Source: Candidatus Onthoplasma sp.
GTDB lineage: Bacteria; Bacillota; Clostridia; Christensenellales; UBA1242
NCBI GenBank assembly: GCA_045578345.1
Contig: JAZNKB010000007.1
Location: 85,150 to 149,149 of the forward strand
Direction: 5' to 3'
DNA length: 64,000 nucleotides
In this document: positions 46,750-55,372 of the stretch, piece by piece
Numbering within the stretch: the first letter of the stretch is position 1
How the letters are laid out: every line of letters starts with the position of its first letter
Notes under the pieces: model-generated
The model's database searches: none
What the model saw: the letters and a program-made list of their open reading frames with translations, nothing else
What the model was told of the DNA's origin: nothing
Position numbers and translations under genes: made by a program

Positions 46750-47466
46750 ATGTATTATTGTAAGGATTTTAATTCGTTGTCAGTTTTATCTTTGTATGAA
46801 GGGGATTTGTTGGGCAAAGTGGACAAGTTGCTATTTGACAAGAAATTAAAAAAATTATGCGAAATAGAACTTATTGGGGTGGATGGTGCTCGTTTGATTT
46901 TGCCAATTAAAAACATTTATCACGTAGGAAAAAATGCAATCACGGTAAAAAACAATCAAGCAATATTAATGGAAAGTGAACAAAGTGATTTGTGTATTGC
47001 GCCACTTTCATCAAAAGTGTTTTCAATCAGTGGTGAATTCTTGGGTGTTGTTGATGAAATTAGTTTCAATGAAAAGTTTTTGTCTGAGAAAATATCATTG
47101 GAAACTGGTGAACTTCTAGATGTTAAAGATATTGCTTCTTGCGGTAGAAATACTGTTATTTTCTACAACTCAGATAAAAAGATTAATCTAAACAACTTCA
47201 CACCCTCAAAACAACCGAAGCAGTTTAAGGGAGAAGAGGTTGTTGCTCAAACTTTGCCGATTGAGCAAAAAGAAATAAAGACATATGAAAAGAAAAATGT
47301 AACAGTGCAAAACACAAATTTTTTAATTGGGCGAGTTTGCACTAAAGATATATTTAATTTTAATAATGAAATTTTAATTAAAGCATACGCTGTTGTTAAT
47401 AAAAAGAATTTAAAAGAAATCAGTCGCTTTGGAAAGTTAAGAGAACTCATGCTTTACTCTAAATGA
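46750..47466 (+). CDS. PRC-barrel domain protein (YlmC/YmxH-like, two modules)
   Basis: DLLGKVDKLLFD...ILPIKNIYHVGKNAITV pattern occurs twice. RBS AGGAG. Confidence 0.55.
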   Translation: MYYCKDFNSLSVLSLYEGDLLGKVDKLLFDKKLKKLCEIELIGVDGARLILPIKNIYHVGKNAITVKNNQAILMESEQSDLCIAPLSSKVFSISGEFLGVVDEISFNEKFLSEKISLETGELLDVKDIASCGRNTVIFYNSDKKINLNNFTPSKQPKQFKGEEVVAQTLPIEQKEIKTYEKKNVTVQNTNFLIGRVCTKDIFNFNNEILIKAYAVVNKKNLKEISRFGKLRELMLYSK

Positions 47467-47471
47467 AAATT

Positions 47472-47495
47472 GTCAGCAAAATGCTGACTTTTTTA
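47472..47495 (+). terminator. intrinsic terminator
   Basis: GTCAGCA-aaa-TGCTGAC followed by T6. Confidence 0.85.
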
Positions 47496-47639
47496 GTTAT
47501 ATTTCTAATAGGTAAAAAATAAATAAAATTATTAAAAATTAATTAAAAATATTAAAAAAATTGCAAAAAAGTCAATATTTTTATAATTTTTACAATATTT
47601 TCATAATATTTTTTAAATTTTTAATGTTAATCTTTGTTT

Positions 47640-49919
47640 ATGAAAATTAAAAAGATAAATAATAATTCCATTTTAAAATATTTAAGTCTGTTTTTTGTTT
47701 GTTTAATTTTGTCGCTTGCAGAGGTGGGGGAGCTTTCGCCATTTTTGTTTGCATTTTATTTTGCGTGTTTGTATGAGGGTGTTGATGAAAAAATGATTTC
47801 AGCATTTACCCTTTTAAGTGGATTAACAAATGGTTTTGTTTTGGAGGATTTTTTAATAAGTTTAACGGCTGTTGCAATTGGGTTAATTTTGTTTTACATC
47901 CATAAGTTTGCCAAAAGAAAAATCCACTTGGTTTCAGTTTTCATTTCTTTTGTTTTTTCATGTGTCACTTATGTGTATTATAATTTTAGTCAGTTTAAGC
48001 ATTGGATTTTTTATATTTTGTTCGGGTTGATATGTTTGTTTGTGTATATAACCGTTTTGCAAGTGATGTTTCTAAGAAAAAATTGTTTGAAGCTAACATT
48101 GGATGAAAGTATATGCTTTTTATTTTCAATTGCTTCAATTGGTCTAGGTTTATCTAGTGTTTGTTTGTTTGATTTTTCTGTGGCAAGATTTTTTATAACA
48201 ATTGCCATGTTGGTTTGTGTTGCGATTGGTTCTCCGTCACTTACGTATTCAATTGTTGTGTCGTTTGCTCTTGGTGTTGCTGTGTTTGATTTCACGTTGG
48301 TATTCATTGCTGAATTTGTTTTGTTGTCGCTTCTTGCAAGTATGTTCACATTGCCAAACAAGTTCAAAATTTTATTTATGGTAATTGTTGGCGAGGTTTT
48401 AATTCAGTATTGCTTTGTGTCAAAGAATTTTGAAATTATTACAAATTTAGCACCAATTTTACTTGCTTGTATGATTTTTTTGGCTTTTCCAAACAAATTT
48501 TTGCGAAATCTTGCAGATTTAGTTTATGTTAAAAAGAGTGAAATTACGTCAAGAAATGTTATTAACACAACCAGAAAAAATCTCAAAAAAAGGATGTTTG
48601 AACTGAGCAATATTTTTTTGGACATGAAGCAGATTCATTTGAACATGACCAAAAAAGAGTTAACAAAAGATGAGTTGATTGCAATGCTTAGTCGTGAAGT
48701 TGTGGCAACTTGTTGTAAAGATTGTTTGGATAAAAATCGTTGCACTCGTTCACTGGGAACAGACAATAAATCCAATTTGGAACTTTTGATTGAAATCGCA
48801 GTTACAAAAGGAAAAGTTACTCTTCTTGACATTCCACCTGCGCTTTCAAATCGATGTGCAAAAATTAACAATTTAATTGGATTAATAAACAGGGTTTGTG
48901 ACGAATATAAGCAATATAAAAACATAATGGCGGATGTTAACAATGTTAAAATCCTTATGGCGGATCAAATGGGTGCGGTGTCACGACTCCTTCTTGATGT
49001 TGGGGAAGAAATCGACACAAATGTTCGCTTTGACGTTGCAAGAGAAAATAAAATAATTTCAAAACTTTTAAGTTTAAATATTCAATGCAAAGAGGTTTTG
49101 TTGTATGCTGAAAAAAATGAAGACATTTCAGCTGTTATTGTTGTAAAAAGTGATAATTCTTATCATCCAATGCTTGAAAAAGCTGTTTCCGAAACCTTAA
49201 AAGTTCCAATGCAAATAACCAAAATAACACCATTGGAAGAAACGGGGTTGAATTCTGTTCAATTAAGGAAAAGGAACAAGTATGATTGTGTGTTTGGTTT
49301 ATCTAGTTGCAATAAGGCTGGCAACGATGAATGTGGAGATTGTCATAGTATAATTCGTTTGGGTGGAAACAAGTTTTTGCTTGCGTTATGTGATGGTATG
49401 GGCGCAGGAAGTTCTGCGCATAAAATGAGCGCAATGACGCTAGGATTGATTGAAAATTTTTATAAGGTTGGATTTGATAATGATGTGATTTTAGAAAGTG
49501 TGAATAAACTACTTGCAATTAACAATCAAGAAAGTTATTCAACTCTTGATGTTTGCTTGCTTGATCTTGAAAAAGAAATTGCGGATTTTATCAAGGTGGG
49601 TGCTCCTGTTGGGCTTATTAAACGAGAATCAAACATTGAAATGGTTGAAGGAAGTGCACTTCCAATTGGTGCGCTTGAAAACATAACGCCAGCAACTTAT
49701 AAAACAACAATTTCAACAAAAGATATTGTTATCATGACAACCGACGGAATTGTGGACGCATTTGAAACATATGAAAATATGATTGATTTTGTAAGTGGGC
49801 TTGCAACCAACAATCCGCAAACAATAGCTGAAGCGATTTTAAATGAAGCACTCACTTTAAATAATATGTCGGCTAAAGACGATATGACGGTTTTGGTTGC
49901 AAGAACATATTTAAAATAG
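47640..49919 (+). CDS. spoIIE: stage II sporulation protein E (PP2C phosphatase)
   Basis: About 10 N-terminal TM segments, a central domain, and a C-terminal PP2C (GDCHSI..LCDGMGAGSSA..TTDGIVDA..DDMTVLVAR). Confidence 0.88.
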   Translation: MKIKKINNNSILKYLSLFFVCLILSLAEVGELSPFLFAFYFACLYEGVDEKMISAFTLLSGLTNGFVLEDFLISLTAVAIGLILFYIHKFAKRKIHLVSVFISFVFSCVTYVYYNFSQFKHWIFYILFGLICLFVYITVLQVMFLRKNCLKLTLDESICFLFSIASIGLGLSSVCLFDFSVARFFITIAMLVCVAIGSPSLTYSIVVSFALGVAVFDFTLVFIAEFVLLSLLASMFTLPNKFKILFMVIVGEVLIQYCFVSKNFEIITNLAPILLACMIFLAFPNKFLRNLADLVYVKKSEITSRNVINTTRKNLKKRMFELSNIFLDMKQIHLNMTKKELTKDELIAMLSREVVATCCKDCLDKNRCTRSLGTDNKSNLELLIEIAVTKGKVTLLDIPPALSNRCAKINNLIGLINRVCDEYKQYKNIMADVNNVKILMADQMGAVSRLLLDVGEEIDTNVRFDVARENKIISKLLSLNIQCKEVLLYAEKNEDISAVIVVKSDNSYHPMLEKAVSETLKVPMQITKITPLEETGLNSVQLRKRNKYDCVFGLSSCNKAGNDECGDCHSIIRLGGNKFLLALCDGMGAGSSAHKMSAMTLGLIENFYKVGFDNDVILESVNKLLAINNQESYSTLDVCLLDLEKEIADFIKVGAPVGLIKRESNIEMVEGSALPIGALENITPATYKTTISTKDIVIMTTDGIVDAFETYENMIDFVSGLATNNPQTIAEAILNEALTLNNMSAKDDMTVLVARTYLK

Positions 49920-49942
49920 TTTCGAATTGCGTTTTACTTAAG

Positions 49943-49979
49943 TGCTTCGTGAAGTCGAAGAATCCAACATAACGAAGCA
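49943..49979 (+). terminator. possible terminator / alternative hairpins 3' of spoIIE
   Basis: TGCTTCGT (49943-49950) can pair with ACGAAGCA (49972-49979). The inner CTTCG can instead pair with CGAAG (49956-49960). T-rich tract follows. Confidence 0.4.
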
Positions 49980-50087
49980 ATATTTGTTTTTAAAATTAAA
50001 AAAAAATTGCAAAAAACGTGAAAAAACATGATTTTTTTGCGTTTTTTTGTGTTAAAAATTAATTTTAAACTATTTTAATATAACTTA

Positions 50088-50116
50088 TTGCAAAAAATCG
50101 TAATTTGTTGTATAAT
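50088..50116 (+). promoter_or_regulatory. sigma-A type promoter
   Basis: TTGCAA (50088-50093), 17-nt spacer, TATAAT (50111-50116). Confidence 0.7.
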
Positions 50117-50148
50117 AATTTTGACTTAAAAAATTAAGGAGCTTGATT

Positions 50149-50544
50149 ATGGAAAAACAAACAAATGAAAAACTTGTTCAAAAACTTATTGAAAGATTGC
50201 GAGTTGCAAAAACAAATGCGCAAGAGCAAAATAAAAAGGACAAGTTTCCTAAACTTTTAATTGGTGGAGAGGAAAGGATAAATCAAAAATACATTTCAAA
50301 TGAACAATATTTCCAAATTGTGCAACTTTATAATTTTTTGAAAGAATATGAGGATTTAACCCATGAAGAGTTTGAAGAGATTTTAAAAACAAAATTCGGC
50401 AAGTTTATGTTTTTAAGAAGATTAAATAAGATTGTTAAGAATTTGGATGAAGAACTCAGAGATCATGGGGTGAGATATGTAGCAATAAAATTTGCGGAAA
50501 TCAAATACTCAAAAGATTTTTTTAAACATTGGTTATATAGTTAA
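50149..50544 (+). CDS. hypothetical protein (131 aa)
   Basis: ORF track. The ATG at 50149 lies 7 nt after AAGGAG. No family recognised. Confidence 0.55.
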   Translation: MEKQTNEKLVQKLIERLRVAKTNAQEQNKKDKFPKLLIGGEERINQKYISNEQYFQIVQLYNFLKEYEDLTHEEFEEILKTKFGKFMFLRRLNKIVKNLDEELRDHGVRYVAIKFAEIKYSKDFFKHWLYS

Positions 50545-50566
50545 GACTAGATAAAAGGATATGATT

Positions 50567-51910
50567 ATGGAAAACGTTATTGATTACATTAAAGAAAATA
50601 ATATGATTAAATCAGGTGAAATTATTGGTGTTGCTTGTTCTGGTGGAAGAGATAGCATCAGTTTGTTGCATTATTTAAATTCAATCAAGCAAGAATTGGA
50701 CTGTGAGATTGTTGCAATAAATGTTGATCATGGAATCAGACAATTGAGCTCACTTGACACTGAATTTGTTATGCAGTTTTGTAAGGAACACAAAATTAGA
50801 GCATATAAATTTAAGGGTGAAGCTCTTAAAGTTGCAAAAGAAGAAAAGTTAACGGTTGAGCAAGCTGCAAGAAAAGTTAGATATGGAATTTTTGAAACAG
50901 TAATTCAAAAAGGTGTGTGTGATAAAATTGCTTTGGCTCACCATATGTATGACCAAGCGGAAACAGTGCTTTTAAATATTCTCCGTGGGGCTGGGCTTAA
51001 AGGTGCACGTGGAATGGAACCTGTTCGTGATGGAATTTATATTCGTCCCTTGCTCAACACTCCACGAGAAAACATTATGGCTTACATTGATGAATTTGGT
51101 TTGGAATTTGTTGAAGATGAAACAAATAAGGACACAACTTATTCAAGAAATTATTTAAGAAACATTGTTATGCCAGCACTTCGTCGCCACTTTAAAGGTG
51201 CGGATAGAAGTCTTGTTCACTTTGCTGAATTATGCGCGAAAGATGATGATTTCATCAGTTCAAAAATTGACACAAACACAATGATTGAAACAAAAGAATA
51301 TGTTAAAGTTCCGCTTACATATTTTTATCAAGATGAAGCAATTATTAACCGAATTTTAATGCAAGTGTTTGAAAAGTTTTCTCGCCAAGATTTTGAAAGA
51401 AGACACGTTGATATTGTTAGAAATTTTGCCATTGAAGCGCAAAATGGAAATATGATTAATCTTCCTTTTAAAGTTAAAGCTCTTAAGGAATACGATTATA
51501 TCGTAATTGGATACATAAAGAGAAAGGAAAATGTTGGCGAATACGCTTTCCAAAGCGGGAAATTAAAAATTGAAGGATATGGTATTATTCGTTCAACGTC
51601 AAGCAAGGTTTTAACTGAACCAAAAATTCATCAACACATTGTTGATGCGGATAAGTTGCCACAAAATGCAGTTTGGAGATTCCGTCAAGAAGGAGATGTT
51701 TTCTCACCATTAGGTCTTGGTGGAAGCAAAAAACTTAAAGAATATTTCATTGATAAAAAAGTTCCACAAAGAATGAGAAACGAAATTCCGGTTTTGGCGG
51801 ATGGAAACAAAATTTTGGCAGTTGCAGACATTGAAATTGCTGATGAAGTTAAAGTAACAAACGACACTAAAAGATTTTATAAAATTAATTACGAAAAAGA
51901 TCTTATGTAG
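50567..51910 (+). CDS. tilS: tRNA(Ile)-lysidine synthetase
   Basis: PP-loop GVACSGGRDS, TilS substrate and C-terminal domains (FRQEGDVFSPLGLGGSKKLKEYFIDKKVP). Confidence 0.9.
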   Translation: MENVIDYIKENNMIKSGEIIGVACSGGRDSISLLHYLNSIKQELDCEIVAINVDHGIRQLSSLDTEFVMQFCKEHKIRAYKFKGEALKVAKEEKLTVEQAARKVRYGIFETVIQKGVCDKIALAHHMYDQAETVLLNILRGAGLKGARGMEPVRDGIYIRPLLNTPRENIMAYIDEFGLEFVEDETNKDTTYSRNYLRNIVMPALRRHFKGADRSLVHFAELCAKDDDFISSKIDTNTMIETKEYVKVPLTYFYQDEAIINRILMQVFEKFSRQDFERRHVDIVRNFAIEAQNGNMINLPFKVKALKEYDYIVIGYIKRKENVGEYAFQSGKLKIEGYGIIRSTSSKVLTEPKIHQHIVDADKLPQNAVWRFRQEGDVFSPLGLGGSKKLKEYFIDKKVPQRMRNEIPVLADGNKILAVADIEIADEVKVTNDTKRFYKINYEKDLM

Positions 51911-51921
51911 ATTGGTTTGAA

Positions 51922-51955
51922 TAAAAAAAGGATTGCATTTGCAATCTTTTTTTTT
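51922..51955. terminator. bidirectional intrinsic terminator
   Basis: A-run, GATTGC-attt-GCAATC, T10. Confidence 0.85.
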
Positions 51956-51977
51956 AACATAAGATAATTGAATTGTT

Positions 51978-52565
51978 TTATTCTTCTGTTTCAATGATTA
52001 TCTCATTTTCAGTAGTTAAATTCTCAGTGTTTTCATCATTTGAGTTAAGATTGTTTTCAATAATTTCTGGTTTAATTTCGTTTGAGAGTTTGTTGTTTGG
52101 TTTATCCAATAAACTTCCGTTACTTAATTCTTTTGCCTTTTTTTCTTTTTTCTTTGGTTGATGTTTTACATTTCCCAAAATCATTTCAATAAATGTATAT
52201 CTTTTGTTTAAATATTCTGCAGTGAATCTAAAACACACATATGTTAAGAAAATAATACCAAAGAATGATAAGATATTTTGATAAACAACAAAACCTTTCA
52301 AATATTCGCCATAACCGAATTCGCAAGCAAAGTAAATGATTAATTCCAAGAAACAAAATATGCAGGCGATAATGAATAAATCTCGAATACGTTTCATCAA
52401 ATCTTTATCTGAAAATTGCATAAACAAGATTGCGAACACTATACCTAAAATGGCAACAAAATTAATTGCAACGCCACCGAAAAAATTTGATAAGGTGTGC
52501 CATGCAATTAAAATGGCTGAAAAAATAAACATAAAAATATAACTTAATTTCAAATTTTTTGTCAT
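51978..52565 (-). CDS. small multi-pass membrane protein with acidic/Asn-rich tail
   Basis: ORF track. Start moved to MTKNLK behind GGAGAG. 4-5 TM segments. Confidence 0.55.
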   Translation of the reverse strand: MTKNLKLSYIFMFIFSAILIAWHTLSNFFGGVAINFVAILGIVFAILFMQFSDKDLMKRIRDLFIIACIFCFLELIIYFACEFGYGEYLKGFVVYQNILSFFGIIFLTYVCFRFTAEYLNKRYTFIEMILGNVKHQPKKKEKKAKELSNGSLLDKPNNKLSNEIKPEIIENNLNSNDENTENLTTENEIIIETEE

Positions 52566-52676
52566 AACGCTCTCCATAAATATTATAATCAATTTAAATT
52601 TTTTTGTAAACTTTTTTATTGCAAAAATGACACAATAGGGGTCTGTTTTCGCGTTTTTCACATAAAATATGTGGAA

Positions 52677-52692
52677 AATTATGTCGAAATTA
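52677..52692 (+). repeat. 16-mer AATTATGTCGAAATTA (contains perfect 0A box), left copy
   Basis: Identical to 55303-55318. TGTCGAA at 52682-52688, overlapping the approach to the RBS of the 52705 ORF. Confidence 0.8.
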
Positions 52693-52704
52693 AAGGAGAT
52701 TATT

Positions 52705-52869
52705 ATGCAAGACTTGTTGGAATTGGCAATGAGAAGAATTGAAACACTTGAAAAAAAACTGGAGAGATATTACATGTTACTAAAAATTGAAAACGAATTG
52801 GATTTTATTTTAAAAGGAACATATGTGACCACAGAAGATATGAATGCGATAATAGAAGGGACTTATTAA
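52705..52869 (+). CDS. small coiled-coil protein (54 aa)
   Basis: The ATG lies 6 nt after AAAGGAG, in frame with ORF track 52669..52869. Confidence 0.45.
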   Translation: MQDLLELAMRRIETLEKKLERYYMLLKIENELDFILKGTYVTTEDMNAIIEGTY

Positions 52870-52880
52870 GGAGGGGGAAA

Positions 52881-53954
52881 ATGAAAAGTTTAAATGCATT
52901 GAAACAAGAGTTAATTAATCAAAAAGAAACAATTGAAAGCAAGAGTGGGTTTGTTAATTGTGCTCATGAACATCCATCTCCCGCAGAGATTACAGAAGGG
53001 ATTAAAACAATTCCTTCAACAGATTTAAGTGCTGCAAATGCAACAGAGTCAGATGTTGCGCTTGGAAAAACCTTCTATGCTGGGAATTCTGAACTTAAAA
53101 CGGGAACAAGTTTATTTGATGTGGAAGTTTTGAAAAAGGTGTTTATGTATAGCAGAAATACGGTGGATACAGAAGCTTATTATTACACAATGCCAACAGG
53201 AATTAAAGAAATTAGAAGATATTTATTTAGTGAAAATGATTACACGGTTTACTTGAGAATTAACCCTGATGTTGAGCTTATTGAAGACTATGCTTTTTAC
53301 GAATCTAGAGGTATTGTTGTTGAGAATTTTGATGAACTTGTAAATCTAAAGAAAGTTGCAACTTTTGCTTTTGCAAATGCACGTGCAGTTGGGATAAATA
53401 TTGGAAATTTACCAAATAATATTGAGATATTGCAAACCAGTTGCTTCCAAAGCTGTTGTAATAATACCTACGATTATAGGTTTCCGGATAATTTAAACAA
53501 TTTGGGTATTGCGGTTTTTAAACAAGAATGGAGAGTTTATTCTGGCAACCTGGATTTGTCTAATTATAATTTATTAACTAGTTTGCCAGGCTCAACATTT
53601 TATTTCCATTCGTTTAATTGCGATTTGGTTGTGCCGAGTCAAGTTACATCTATTGGTTCATATTTTAATTATAATGGTAGTTTTAAAAATATAGAAATTC
53701 ATAGTGGGGTTAATGAAATTTTAGCTTATGCCTTTGGTGCAGGGGTTAATGACTTTTTAAGTAATTATCATTTACAAACTGTAACAATTGGGGCAGAGAC
53801 TCCGCCAAAATTTGGAACTGAGCCTTTTGCACCACAACATGTACTTAACGGTTTTAAAATTTATGTTCCTGACAATTCTGTTGAAGAATATAAGGCTGTA
53901 ACAGAACTATATAGGTGTGTTAATTGTATTTATCCAATGAGTCAAAAAGATTAA
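52881..53954 (+). CDS. BspA-type leucine-rich-repeat (LRR_5) protein with phage-fibre-like N-terminus, no signal peptide
   Basis: Repeats of the I..IEDYAF / V.TFAFANA / I.ILQTSCF type. N-terminal ATESDVALGKTFYAGNSELKTGT motif. RBS AAGGAGGGGG. Confidence 0.65.
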   Translation: MKSLNALKQELINQKETIESKSGFVNCAHEHPSPAEITEGIKTIPSTDLSAANATESDVALGKTFYAGNSELKTGTSLFDVEVLKKVFMYSRNTVDTEAYYYTMPTGIKEIRRYLFSENDYTVYLRINPDVELIEDYAFYESRGIVVENFDELVNLKKVATFAFANARAVGINIGNLPNNIEILQTSCFQSCCNNTYDYRFPDNLNNLGIAVFKQEWRVYSGNLDLSNYNLLTSLPGSTFYFHSFNCDLVVPSQVTSIGSYFNYNGSFKNIEIHSGVNEILAYAFGAGVNDFLSNYHLQTVTIGAETPPKFGTEPFAPQHVLNGFKIYVPDNSVEEYKAVTELYRCVNCIYPMSQKD

Positions 53955-53957
53955 TCG

Positions 53958-53986
53958 AAAGCACAGTTGAACTGTGCTTTTTTTTA
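53958..53986 (+). terminator. intrinsic terminator
   Basis: AGCACAGT-tga-ACTGTGCT followed by T8. Confidence 0.85.
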
Positions 53987-54012
53987 ATCCTAACAAAGTA
54001 AAGGACGCATTG

Positions 54013-55287
54013 CTAAAATATGTAAATTTCGGCTTCTCTTTTATGAGTTCCATAGATTTTTACTGTGTTTTGAACTTTAAATTTGTCATGACGCAGGAGC
54101 TCGGTTGATACAAGCGTGTTGTTAATATATTTTTCTCGATAGGATTTTATTTCCATTCCGCGTGAACCATTTTTAAGAAAGAAAAATTCGTCTTCAAATT
54201 TGACTTTGTTTAAATATTCTTGTTTTTCATCAACATAAACTTCTTCTATTGGTTCAACAAGATTAAAGATTTCGTTTGTGAGTTTGTATTTAACATTGTT
54301 CATGCTTTCACCAAAGATTCTGATTCTAGCTGAATGTTCTGAGAAGTTTGTGATAATGGTCAGTTTTTCGCTGGTGTTGTTTCTAAATTTCAGGTCACTG
54401 CTACCAAAATTCACCATGGCGTCAAAACCATGTTTGACGTAACTTACTTGTTTACTGTGTTTATTCGCTTCAATTATTTCAAGTCCAGCCATAAGAGCTG
54501 AGTTGTAAAGAGTTGATGAAACTTGACAAACTCCACCGCCAAGCCCGTCAACAAACTCATTGTTTACAATAATTTTAGCTTCGCGATAACCATTTTCTGC
54601 TGTTCGCTTGCCAACAACTTTATTGAAAGAGAAAATTTGATTTGGTGCAATTTCCACTTTGTTTAAACTTAAAAGTGCGTTTTTTATGTTGTGTTTTCTG
54701 TCTGATGAAGAGGTGGAAATATTGGTTGAGAAATCTGCGCGTAGGTTTGTGAATTTTTCAAAATCTTTTTTAGTGGTGGTTGGAATGAGTTTTTTCAATG
54801 GAAGATTGAATTCCATAGGTTTATTTAAAATATAATTGTTACAAATATTGTCGATTAAAATATTTTTGTCCAGTTCTTGCCCTATGACTTCATTTTTTAT
54901 GAAGAAAACTTTTTCACTATTGGGATTTGTTGTTAACCTTGCACTTTGTGGTTTTATGTAAACGTTTTTTGAAATGGAATTAATTTTCTTTATTATGTTT
55001 GGGAAAAGATAATCTAAAGCTACTTCTTTATCAAATCCAAGCGAAAGCATTTTTTTCATTAGTTCAATTCGTTCTTCCTTGCCACCAAAACGATTGTATT
55101 TATTGATTTCATAATTTAAGTCAAAAATGTTACTGGTTTTGATGTTGGACTGTAATGAATATTCAAAAATTTTTTCGTTATGAACAAATTCAATATGTTC
55201 AGGCATGAATGCGTAAACAACACCAACACTTGTGCTGATTGCTAAAAAAATTACACATAACAAGCATGAAACAATAAATTTTTTCAT
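54013..55287 (-). CDS. VanW family protein
   Basis: N-terminal TM anchor. VanW core GGGVCQVSSTLYNSALMAGLEII..H. Confidence 0.85.
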   Translation of the reverse strand: MKKFIVSCLLCVIFLAISTSVGVVYAFMPEHIEFVHNEKIFEYSLQSNIKTSNIFDLNYEINKYNRFGGKEERIELMKKMLSLGFDKEVALDYLFPNIIKKINSISKNVYIKPQSARLTTNPNSEKVFFIKNEVIGQELDKNILIDNICNNYILNKPMEFNLPLKKLIPTTTKKDFEKFTNLRADFSTNISTSSSDRKHNIKNALLSLNKVEIAPNQIFSFNKVVGKRTAENGYREAKIIVNNEFVDGLGGGVCQVSSTLYNSALMAGLEIIEANKHSKQVSYVKHGFDAMVNFGSSDLKFRNNTSEKLTIITNFSEHSARIRIFGESMNNVKYKLTNEIFNLVEPIEEVYVDEKQEYLNKVKFEDEFFFLKNGSRGMEIKSYREKYINNTLVSTELLRHDKFKVQNTVKIYGTHKREAEIYIF

Positions 55288-55302
55288 GTGCGTATTATGT
55301 GT

Positions 55303-55318
55303 AATTATGTCGAAATTA
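55303..55318 (+). repeat. 16-mer AATTATGTCGAAATTA, right copy
   Basis: Identical to 52677-52692. Lies about 20 nt upstream of the VanW start on the opposite strand. Confidence 0.8.
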
Positions 55319-55372
55319 TAATTAAGTTTTGTTTAAAATTTGTGTCAATTTCTTTGCACTTTGTTTAGTAAT

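Noticed and set aside
50009-50040. GCAAAAAA...TTTTTTGC hairpin as the terminator after spoIIE
   Set aside because: The stem is almost entirely A:T with a 16-nt loop. It cannot be distinguished from background in this AT-rich spacer.
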